DNA of 64,000 nucleotides, taken from an uncultured Candidatus Saccharibacteria bacterium. GTDB lineage: Bacteria; Patescibacteriota; Saccharimonadia; CAILAD01; BJGX01. Location of the stretch: positions 922 through 64,921 of the forward strand of contig CAYMHI010000004.1 of NCBI GenBank assembly GCA_964390265.1, written 5' to 3'. Made by a program: the position numbers and the translations under genes. Positions 18,908 through 27,334 of this stretch are shown here, one piece after another (position 1 is the stretch's first letter; each line of letters opens with the position of its first letter). Below the pieces are notes generated by a model. The model made no database searches. It saw only the letters and a program-made list of their open reading frames with translations, and was not told the DNA's origin.

Positions 18908-21727
18908 TTAGCATAGTTTGATATTCTTCATTTTTTGATGTTTCTTTAACTCGCTAACTATATTTTCTATGCGGTTATTTATTTGTTTGCCTTGGGGATT
19001 TGGACCAAAATCAAGCCACACTCTAAAACTTAATCGTTTTTTAGATTGACCACTCAACACGTCATTGGCAAACTCACTAACAAACTCCAAGCGCTTCAAT
19101 ACATCTGAGGTAGGTAAATTATCTAATAGGTCTTGCCACCATACATCGCTGGCTATCTCAATAGTAATATCTCTTTGAACTAGTTGGTAAGGCAGTGTTG
19201 GTTTAGACTTTGTAGTAGGATTGGTTAGCAAATCTGAGCTCAAGTCTACTTCGGCAAAACTAACTTTTTTACTAATTTTGTGTTCTACTAACATTTCAGG
19301 AGTAATTTGCCCAATTAAACCAACCTCTTTTTTGTCTACACAAATAGTAGCCGACCTGCCGTCTACAAAATTTTTGTTATTATTTGGCGCTATACGCATA
19401 TTCCATCCATATTTTGAGTGTAATATATAAACTAAGTTTTTGAGTAATTCTATTCCATCGCTACCAACCGTCGTAATTGCCAACTTCCACCGCTCCTGCT
19501 TACCATTCTTTTTAGTGGAAGACTTAATATAGCTTCGTGAAACTTCAAAAAACCCATACACATCTTGCCAATAGCTATTGTTGTTGGCTACAGTTTGAAT
19601 GTGGCTCATTAGCAAACTGCTACGCAAATACTCCTGTTCGATACTTAGTGGGTTCACTATTTTTAAGTTAGCACCAACTTCTGCACTCGCAGTTTGTAAG
19701 CTATTTTTGTTAACAAACGAATAAGTCATTACTTCAAACAGACCCCTACCTGCTAAAAGTTTTTTTAGCTCCATTACGCTTGGTACAAACGTATGCTCGC
19801 TGGTATCGGTCGGAGGGAGCTGGGGGAGAGTAGCCGACATATTCTCATAGCCAACTATTTTGGCCGACTCTTCGTATAGATCTTGCTCTATTCGAACATC
19901 GTCTCGCCACCACGGTGCGGTAACTGCAATAATATGATTAAAGTTATCTACATAGCGCCTTGCTCCCAAGTACCCATAATTTTGAGTAAATTCACTTAGA
20001 TCCACCTCTATCACCCCTTGCTTGCGTCTTTTTACCCACTTTTTATTACGATATTCATACTTGGCCGCCATCACCACTTTGCCCTGACCAATATAAATTC
20101 CGTTGTGTCCAACTTCTTTTTTTTGATCTAGCTTTTTCTTAATGTGGTTACCGCTATCGTCTTTTAGGTAGTAGTGATCATCTACCGAGCGCTCTATTTT
20201 GCCTTTATAAAATACTACATCGCCGGGTTTTAGGTTGCCAACCTCCACGGCCTTACCATGATTATATTGCGCCAAAGCAGTATGGCCTATATACACTCCT
20301 ATAAGCGAGTAGATATAATCTATAAGATAGGAACAGTCAAAAGCATTTGTACCATCTTGCTTATAATTAGCACCCCATTTGTATGGTTTGTCAAGATGTT
20401 TTCTGGCCTCTTTAGTAACTGAGAAATGCTCGGCTTTAAAGCCTCGCTGTTTTAGCCCCTCTATTATCTGTTTTTCGTCTAATTTTACCCCCAAAAAAGC
20501 CTCCGCTTTACGAACTCTCAAACCAATATGTTGAATCCAGGGCCAAGCATAGAGTTGATCGAATGGACCATCAATTACCTCGGCCTGGCATATAGTCTTG
20601 AACAAATAGAGGAGACGCTCGGCCGCATAAATTGGAAGGGGGAGAGGTAAGCCTTTTTCAAACCGAGCACTAGCTTCGGTACGAATACCGTGCCTAGTAG
20701 CGGTGCGGCGTATTCTAGAGCCATCAAAATTAGCTACCTCCAATACGATTTCTTTAGTGTTTTTGTCTACTTCGGTAGATTTGCCACCCATTACTCCAGC
20801 CAAACCTATTACACCACTGCTATCAGCTATCACCAAATCGTTACTACCAACTTTTCGGTCTGTATCGTCTAGGGTAGTAAGAGTTTCGCCATTCTTGGCA
20901 AATCTAACCTGCAGACTGCCTTTTAGCTTTGCGCTATCGTAAGCATGTGATGGTTGGCCAGTTTCTAGCATTACAAAGTTGGTTATATCTACAATAGGAT
21001 TAATTGGCCTCATCCCAGCAGCTTTTAAGTTTTCCACAAGCCAGTCTGGCGATTTTCCTTTTTGGCTAATTTTTAACTTTGCACTAACAAATCGCTTACA
21101 CTCTCCTGTTTCTTTTATTTTTGCAATCTCTGAGCTTTCGAAGTTGGCCTCATCGCGACTAGGTTGTACCAAAGAATTATTTGATGAGTTAGCACAAACT
21201 TCGCGGGCCAAACCCAAGATTGAGAGCAAATCGGGCCTATTGGCGGGCGTCTTAATATTCACAATATCGCCCAAATTATCTATGTCGCACAATGATATTC
21301 CAAGGGGGAGGTCAGGGTCGAGAACAGCAATACCAGAGTGATCATCTCCTCTCCCCAGCTCTCTTTCAGAGCAGAGCATACCAGCCGATTTCTCACCCCG
21401 CAACACTGCCGTTGCTATTCTGTCCCCGCTAGGTAGCACCGTACCCGGTTTGGCATAGGCTACTATCATACCTTCTCGCAAGTTTGGTGCACCACATACT
21501 ACCTTAGCTTTGGTTTTATTGTAGCTAACTTCTGCCAACCTAAGTCTATCAGCATTGGGGTGTTGCCAAACTTTCAAAACCTTGGCTGTAACTATGTGTT
21601 TATCCAGGCTGGTTGAGCGCGCTACGTCCTCCACTTCTACCTCAGTGCGTTCAAATGCCGCCACAATATCATCAGTTTTGAGCTTTTTTTTCAAATATAA
21701 GTTTATAAAGTTTACTGGAACCAACAT
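18908..21727 (-). CDS. pheT: Phenylalanine--tRNA ligase beta subunit with inserted NlpC/P60 domain
   Basis: HPNADRL, VCGAPN, NRPDLLS, GVMGG, RFEKG, NPLS, RDIT motifs. Start set at ATG 21727, just after the pheS stop. Insert contains PYKWG, FDCS and GHNGIY. Confidence 0.93.
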   Translation of the reverse strand: MLVPVNFINLYLKKKLKTDDIVAAFERTEVEVEDVARSTSLDKHIVTAKVLKVWQHPNADRLRLAEVSYNKTKAKVVCGAPNLREGMIVAYAKPGTVLPSGDRIATAVLRGEKSAGMLCSERELGRGDDHSGIAVLDPDLPLGISLCDIDNLGDIVNIKTPANRPDLLSILGLAREVCANSSNNSLVQPSRDEANFESSEIAKIKETGECKRFVSAKLKISQKGKSPDWLVENLKAAGMRPINPIVDITNFVMLETGQPSHAYDSAKLKGSLQVRFAKNGETLTTLDDTDRKVGSNDLVIADSSGVIGLAGVMGGKSTEVDKNTKEIVLEVANFDGSRIRRTATRHGIRTEASARFEKGLPLPLPIYAAERLLYLFKTICQAEVIDGPFDQLYAWPWIQHIGLRVRKAEAFLGVKLDEKQIIEGLKQRGFKAEHFSVTKEARKHLDKPYKWGANYKQDGTNAFDCSYLIDYIYSLIGVYIGHTALAQYNHGKAVEVGNLKPGDVVFYKGKIERSVDDHYYLKDDSGNHIKKKLDQKKEVGHNGIYIGQGKVVMAAKYEYRNKKWVKRRKQGVIEVDLSEFTQNYGYLGARRYVDNFNHIIAVTAPWWRDDVRIEQDLYEESAKIVGYENMSATLPQLPPTDTSEHTFVPSVMELKKLLAGRGLFEVMTYSFVNKNSLQTASAEVGANLKIVNPLSIEQEYLRSSLLMSHIQTVANNNSYWQDVYGFFEVSRSYIKSSTKKNGKQERWKLAITTVGSDGIELLKNLVYILHSKYGWNMRIAPNNNKNFVDGRSATICVDKKEVGLIGQITPEMLVEHKISKKVSFAEVDLSSDLLTNPTTKSKPTLPYQLVQRDITIEIASDVWWQDLLDNLPTSDVLKRLEFVSEFANDVLSGQSKKRLSFRVWLDFGPNPQGKQINNRIENIVSELKKHQKMKNIKLC

Positions 21728-21731
21728 GTTT

Positions 21732-22724
21732 TTAAAACTGCTCCAAAAAGTTAAATTGGGGTCGCCACAGTTCTCGAAGATCATTGAGTCCATATTTTAT
21801 TACTGCAAAGCGCTCAGCGCCCCAACCGAATGCAAAACCAGAATACTTGTCGGCATCAATACCGCCATTTTTTAATACTCGAGGGTGCACCATGCCTGCT
21901 CCGCCTAGCTCTAACCACTTGCCATTGTAGCGACAATCTAGCTCCACTGAGGGCTCTGTATATGGAAAGTAGCTGGCTCGAAATCTAATATCAACATCCG
22001 GGCCTAATAAACTCCTTACTACTCTCAATAATGTACCTTTCAAGTCAGACATAGCCACCCCCTCTCCTACTACTAGCCCCTCTACTTGGTTGAATATCCA
22101 TGCGTGAGTAGCGTCTTCGTCTTCATTTCTAAATACTCTACCAGGTACAATTATTTTAAATGGTGGCTTGTTTTTCTCCATAAATCGAACCTGCATACCA
22201 GATGTATGAGATCTAGGTAAAAGGTTCATTTTGCCGTTATCGATATAAAAAGTGTCCTGCATATCCCTAGCCGGGTGCGACGCAGGCATATTCAACGCTT
22301 CAAAATTATACCAATCAGTCTCAATTTCTGGACTATCAACAATTGCAAAACCTAGCTCGGTAAATACTTGGTAGGTCTGCTCTAGAACCATACTTGTAGG
22401 ATGTATATGACCATAGTCCTGGCCAAAAGCATTGGTAGTTGCACTTAAGTCTAGCGGCTTAAATTTTGATGAAGTCAAAACTCTCACTTTTGCAGAATTA
22501 TAAAGTTCCTCTAATGCACTTCGCACATCGTTAAGCCGCTTTCCGTTCAATGCCCTATCTTTTTGCGACATGTTCTTAAGCTCTTTTAGGTCCATTACGA
22601 TGTGGCTTTTACCAGATAAATATGTAGCCTTAGCCGCATCTAACTGCTGTTTATTTTTTGCATTAAAAAACTGGCTTTGGGCTTGTTTTAAATAATTTGA
22701 TGATAAAGATGGTAATTTATTCAT
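21732..22724 (-). CDS. pheS: Phenylalanine--tRNA ligase alpha subunit
   Basis: HPARDMQDTFY, PGRVFR, YFPYTEPS, GFAFGWGAER. Confidence 0.97.
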   Translation of the reverse strand: MNKLPSLSSNYLKQAQSQFFNAKNKQQLDAAKATYLSGKSHIVMDLKELKNMSQKDRALNGKRLNDVRSALEELYNSAKVRVLTSSKFKPLDLSATTNAFGQDYGHIHPTSMVLEQTYQVFTELGFAIVDSPEIETDWYNFEALNMPASHPARDMQDTFYIDNGKMNLLPRSHTSGMQVRFMEKNKPPFKIIVPGRVFRNEDEDATHAWIFNQVEGLVVGEGVAMSDLKGTLLRVVRSLLGPDVDIRFRASYFPYTEPSVELDCRYNGKWLELGGAGMVHPRVLKNGGIDADKYSGFAFGWGAERFAVIKYGLNDLRELWRPQFNFLEQF

Positions 22725-22728
22725 ATAA

Positions 22729-23118
22729 TTAGTTAGTTTTTCTGGTTCTAAAATATAATTCTATTAGTAATACAGTAAGCGCAAAAAGTATAATATCTCT
22801 AAAACTTAAACTTTTAAGGGTAGATAGAGCTATAAGCAAGGTGGCTGTGAAGCCTAGTAAGAACCCTGTTCTTACAGATCCTAATAGAATCTTTCTGGGC
22901 TCATTTCTTTTTTCTTCACTGCGCAGCTTCCATAAATAATCTATTAAGGTGATTAAACTAGTTAAGCCTATTAGAATACCTATAAACCAAAAAGTTATTA
23001 ATGCCGGACCCAACTCTTTTGGTGTGAAGCCAAATACTATATATAGCACAAAGGTTAACGATGCCAAAAGAAGCACCGATAAAACCGAAATACTTATAAT
23101 AATTGTTTTGCCTCTCAT
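22729..23118 (-). CDS. Four-TM hypothetical membrane protein
   Basis: 129 aa hydrophobic ORF ending 4 bp before pheS. Confidence 0.65.
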   Translation of the reverse strand: MRGKTIIISISVLSVLLLASLTFVLYIVFGFTPKELGPALITFWFIGILIGLTSLITLIDYLWKLRSEEKRNEPRKILLGSVRTGFLLGFTATLLIALSTLKSLSFRDIILFALTVLLIELYFRTRKTN

Positions 23119-23389
23119 AGTGTAACTCTATTATCTGACAAAACTACGAGTTTGTACATATATCTGTGCTTTGTGATTATCGTACATAATAATTACTCTA
23201 ATATTGCATACATTATTTAATTGTCTAATCTGACATTACTTACGAACACTATTATTATTCTTTATTTTTAGACTTGTCATTAACAATTCTTTAATAATTA
23301 AAATCTGAACTTTATATGCATCCTTCAATAATACTGCGACGATTTACCCCACGTAGTTATAGTTATTATATTTACCATATAGCTAGGGC

Positions 23390-23506
23390 TGTGGATGAGT
23401 GTGTATAAGTATAGTATTTGTTGTCAGCATAACTTGACAAGTTTTTGTTAAATTATGCATAATTTTGTTAAACTTTATTAACATAACTACTACTATGTTA
23501 TACACA
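23390..23506. promoter_or_regulatory. DnaA-box-like sites in AT-rich non-coding DNA
   Basis: TGTGGATGA (23390), TGTGTATAA (23400) and TTATACACA (23498) against consensus TTWTNCACA. Confidence 0.35.
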
Positions 23507-23510
23507 TACT

Positions 23511-23533
23511 AAAAAACCACCCTGTGGGTGGTT
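23511..23533 (-). terminator. Intrinsic terminator
   Basis: Minus strand reads AACCACCC-aca-GGGTGGTTTTTT. Confidence 0.75.
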
Positions 23534-24030
23534 AATCACTAAATAATAACTAATATGGTTACGGGCCAACGTATCTGCCCAAAAAAGAAAAACTTTAAGT
23601 GGCACACGCTGGCCCGTGGTAGTCTACCCTAAAAGTAATTCTAGAGCTGACATTGCTGTCAAGACACGATATTAATAGCATATACCTAGCTATATAATCG
23701 CAGTTGACGACTTCCCTACCACTCTTTTGGCAGTCCAGTCAGATAGTGCGCCCCAAAAATATAGAGCGCAATATCTGACTGTCTCCGGCGGAATGATAGA
23801 CAATACATATATTTTAGAAGGTACAAAACGGAAAATATATGTATTAAAACCTCGAACAGTAGGGAAAAACTGGCCATAAAAAGCAAGGGGGCTGCCTTTT
23901 ATGAACCAGGTGTCCCCTACCATTTGGTTATATAAATCTTATCGCGAGATCATAAGATTAGATATTGTAGAACGAAAAAATGTATGTGTGGCATATCTTT
24001 TTTGTTTTTGTTTTTAAAGAACTTACTAAT
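23511..24030 (-). ncRNA. Candidate large structured ncRNA, family not recognised
   Basis: Bounded by a consensus promoter and terminator; five hairpins; A-C mismatches on the plus strand become G-U pairs on the minus strand. Confidence 0.55.
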
Positions 24031-24036
24031 AGATAC

Positions 24037-24065
24037 ATTGTATCAAATGCTTATGCTTATGTCAA
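24037..24065 (-). promoter_or_regulatory. Sigma70-type promoter
   Basis: TTGACA-17 bp-TACAAT on the minus strand. Confidence 0.75.
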
Positions 24066-24117
24066 TATTTATTAACGTAATTATTACAATCTAACCTGTT
24101 AATCTATAATGACTATT

Positions 24118-25104
24118 TTACAACAATCCAATTTTTTCTTTGACTTCTGCTAGTTTTTTGTTGGCAATTACAGAAGCTTTGTTGCTTCCTTCTTCGATAA
24201 TCGTAATTAATTTGCCCTCATCTTTTCTAAAGCCATTAAATTTATTCTGCAGGTTGGTTAGTTTTAGGGCTACAAGGTCACCGAGGTCGGTTTTAAGCTC
24301 TCCATATCCTTTGTTGGCATATAGATTTACGATATTGTCGGTACTTTTTTCGGAAAAACCGCTATAGATATCTATTAAGTTTGAGATTTCTGGCTTATTT
24401 ACCTTATCATAGATGATTTTATTATCTGAATCTGTAACTGCTCTCTTAAATTTCTTTTTCACCATTTCTTCGGGTTCAGAGAGCATTACAAAGCTATCTG
24501 GGCTGTCAGATTTACTCATTTTTTTACTTGGATCATCTAAGCCCATTACCCTAGAGCCTGTTTTTGGAATAACCGCTTCTGGCACTACAAAAGTATTTCC
24601 ATATAGCTTATTGAATCTATTGGCGATATCTCTAGTAAGCTCGATATGCTGTAGCTGATCTTCGCCTACCGGAACCTCATTGCTCTCATACAGAAGTATG
24701 TCTGCAGCCATTAGTACCGGGTAGTTAAACAGCCCAACCAACTGGCCCTCTTTGCCGAGCTTACGAGACTTATCCTTATACTCTGTCATTCTAGAGAGTT
24801 CTCCCATTGTAGTGTAGTTGTTTAATATCCAACTTAACTCTGCGTGGGCCGGCACCATAGATTGCACTAGTAGTATAGATTTTTGTGGATCGATACCTAC
24901 AGTTAAGAGCCAAGCTATAAGGTCGAAAGTTCTTTTTCTTAACTCTGCAGGATCTTGTCTAACAGTAATAGCGTGTGAGTTTGGCACAAAGAAAATAGTT
25001 CTTGCATTATCTTTTTGGTATTTTGGCCAATGCTTCATTGCCCCCAAATAATTACCAATTGTCATATCGCCAGATGGCTTTAGTCCTGAAAATACTGTTT
25101 TCAT
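24118..25104 (-). CDS. trpS: Tryptophan--tRNA ligase
   Basis: TIGNYLGA, YPVLMAADILLY, VPVGEDQ, KMSKS. Confidence 0.97.
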   Translation of the reverse strand: MKTVFSGLKPSGDMTIGNYLGAMKHWPKYQKDNARTIFFVPNSHAITVRQDPAELRKRTFDLIAWLLTVGIDPQKSILLVQSMVPAHAELSWILNNYTTMGELSRMTEYKDKSRKLGKEGQLVGLFNYPVLMAADILLYESNEVPVGEDQLQHIELTRDIANRFNKLYGNTFVVPEAVIPKTGSRVMGLDDPSKKMSKSDSPDSFVMLSEPEEMVKKKFKRAVTDSDNKIIYDKVNKPEISNLIDIYSGFSEKSTDNIVNLYANKGYGELKTDLGDLVALKLTNLQNKFNGFRKDEGKLITIIEEGSNKASVIANKKLAEVKEKIGLL

Positions 25105-25121
25105 AAATTTATTATATCAGA

Positions 25122-26213
25122 TTATTCTTCGTTCTGTGGTTTTTCTACCTCTAGCAGCTCCACTACAGCCTCAGAGGAAGCAATTTTCACAACATCTTTA
25201 TCTATCTTCTTTAGCTCTTTATGAGCAGTGTTATAGTGATTTACGGTTGTACCGAGTGAATTGCCGAGTTTGTGCATATACTCATCGTAGCTTCCCAGGT
25301 GTTTGCCTAGCTGACCTACGCGCTTTTGAATCTCTTTAGCCTGCCCTTCTATCTGAAGGCTCCTAAGACCTTGCATTACTGTTTGAAGGTAGGCCAAAAA
25401 TGAGGTTGGTGATACTATAATTACTCGCTTTTCCCTAAAAGCATACTCTATAAGGTCTTGAGAGCTAGTCTGCATTGCACCGATTTTGTTAACCAGCAGA
25501 TCGTAATAGATTGCCTCTGACGGAATAAACATGAAGGCGAAATCCATTGTTCCCATACTGGGCTGAATATATTTGGCTGTCTCATCTATTCGAAGCTTTA
25601 AGTCAGCTTTAAATTGTTTAATAATGTTCGCTTTTGATGTAATATCTTTTGTCTCAATTAACCTATTATAGTTCTCTAAGCTAAACTTAGAATCTACAGG
25701 TAATACCTTGCCATCTTGCAAAAATATCGCGGCGTCTACTATCATGTCTTTGCCGTTTTCACTTCTGCCAATTTTGTACTGTAACTTAAATTGTTCTGGT
25801 GGCAACACATTTTCCAGTACTGAGCCTAAGTAGTATTCGCCCAATACGCCTCGCTGTTTTGGATTAGAAAGCACGTTTTGCAGCATTTTTAGTTCGTCTG
25901 CCACATCTACTACTCTCTTATTAGTCTCATCGAGCTTAGTGAGCCTATTATTGACGTCTGCTATCAACTTGGCCGATTCACTTAACTGTTTTTGCACCGA
26001 CTCACTGTTGCTACTTTGCGAGCGATCTATACGATCATGTATTTGAGTTTGTGATTGTACAAGGGTTTGATTGAGCCCTTGAATGTCTTGTTTTAGTGAA
26101 GACACCGCTCCATCGTCTTTAATAGATTGTAGGCGTGCATTGAAAGACATAAAAAGAAGTATAAAGCCTATCACCATAATAAATAGCAATATAAACAATA
26201 AAATCGTAATCAT
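25122..26213 (-). CDS. rmuC: DNA recombination protein RmuC
   Basis: N-terminal TM and coiled coil, KQRGVLGE, VDSKF, FAFMFIPSE, SPTSF. Confidence 0.9.
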   Translation of the reverse strand: MITILLFILLFIMVIGFILLFMSFNARLQSIKDDGAVSSLKQDIQGLNQTLVQSQTQIHDRIDRSQSSNSESVQKQLSESAKLIADVNNRLTKLDETNKRVVDVADELKMLQNVLSNPKQRGVLGEYYLGSVLENVLPPEQFKLQYKIGRSENGKDMIVDAAIFLQDGKVLPVDSKFSLENYNRLIETKDITSKANIIKQFKADLKLRIDETAKYIQPSMGTMDFAFMFIPSEAIYYDLLVNKIGAMQTSSQDLIEYAFREKRVIIVSPTSFLAYLQTVMQGLRSLQIEGQAKEIQKRVGQLGKHLGSYDEYMHKLGNSLGTTVNHYNTAHKELKKIDKDVVKIASSEAVVELLEVEKPQNEE

Positions 26214-26289
26214 TACTTTAGTATACCTTATTTAGTTACGAACACAAGCCGAATACATAAATTTAAATAAGTATTACCAGTACAAGTAT

Positions 26290-26655
26290 CTAAAATTCTT
26301 CAGTAAGCAGACGCTGTAGAGTTTTGAAAATAGCTAACACAAAAAACACAAAAGTGAGTAGCAGTAGTCCGGTCTGTAAGTATGCAACCAGTAAAAAGCC
26401 GAAACCTGTCGGTGAATTATCGCCTGTAAATAAAATACCATACATAACGAATTTTACTATTTGAACCAGTATAAAACATACAACCGCATATATTAGGTAT
26501 TTTTTAGCCTGAGTGAGGGCTAGTTTTTGTGCACGTTGTTTAGATCTTATTTTGGCTTTTTGGGCGCGAGAGTAACCAGAGCTTACTGAAGACTTTATGT
26601 TTGCCCGTTTACCTGACTTAACTTTACGAGATTTATTCTTCATATCACGAAACAT
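26290..26655 (-). CDS. Basic two-TM hypothetical protein
   Basis: K/R-rich N-terminus and two TM helices. Confidence 0.6.
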   Translation of the reverse strand: MFRDMKNKSRKVKSGKRANIKSSVSSGYSRAQKAKIRSKQRAQKLALTQAKKYLIYAVVCFILVQIVKFVMYGILFTGDNSPTGFGFLLVAYLQTGLLLLTFVFFVLAIFKTLQRLLTEEF

Positions 26656-26818
26656 TATACCATAACAACTAAGTTATGGCACAAAATGAACATATAAATC
26701 ATGCCGTAAATATTAATTTATGTGCTAAATAATACCCAGTATATATTAGCTCATAATTATTATTTTGCTTATAGGGCGGGCTTTATTGCATTGCAAGTAG
26801 TAATTTGTTGAACACATA

Positions 26819-27334
26819 TTATATTCGCTTCATCCACCATGGCGTTTTGGGCACTTTGCGATATTTAGTATGAACGATTTTACTGGCTGTTTGTGTGTTA
26901 AGTCCAAAGTACTTGTCTACAATAGCTGCCCAATTATTTTTTAGCCATGTTTGTTGTTTAATATACAACTCTTCAAGCCCTCTCTCGGCAAATTCTCTCC
27001 TTATAACTCCACCGCTGTGTGGGTGTTTTTGTTTTTGCTGGTAGGGCGAGTTAAAACCATGAGCGTAATGTGTCATCTCGTGCACTATGGTAGCCACTAC
27101 AATATACTCAGGTATGTCTGTGTCTTGATAGATTGGATTAATAGTGATGATGGTACTATGTCGATCTTTTGGGTCGAGACTTATTGAACCGAGTCGACGT
27201 TTGGCTTTTCTGCCGTACCGAATGTGTACGACATTACTCTGCTGTATATCTATAAAATACTTATACCATATATCGGCTAACATATTTTCTAGCCACTCTT
27301 GGTCTCGTATGCTGTCTTTCACTAGCATATTCAC
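26819..27334 (-). CDS. SprT-like zinc metalloprotease domain protein
   Basis: HEMTH (HExxH) with a later His (HPHSG); upstream RRLGSI; abuts the helicase stop. Confidence 0.65.
   Translation of the reverse strand: MNMLVKDSIRDQEWLENMLADIWYKYFIDIQQSNVVHIRYGRKAKRRLGSISLDPKDRHSTIITINPIYQDTDIPEYIVVATIVHEMTHYAHGFNSPYQQKQKHPHSGGVIRREFAERGLEELYIKQQTWLKNNWAAIVDKYFGLNTQTASKIVHTKYRKVPKTPWWMKRI

Noticed and set aside
19949-20425. Intein explanation for the PheT insert
   Set aside because: No N-terminal Cys with C-terminal His-Asn splice motif and no LAGLIDADG; the motifs are NlpC/P60.
23690-23923. 77 aa minus-strand ORF inside the ncRNA candidate
   Set aside because: No SD, no recognisable motif, and it runs through strong hairpins. 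Not formally excluded.
23711-23924. UGGUAGG twice in the ncRNA candidate, complementary to the CCUACCA island leader
   Set aside because: Only 7 nt and partly buried in stems; chance cannot be excluded without genome-wide statistics.
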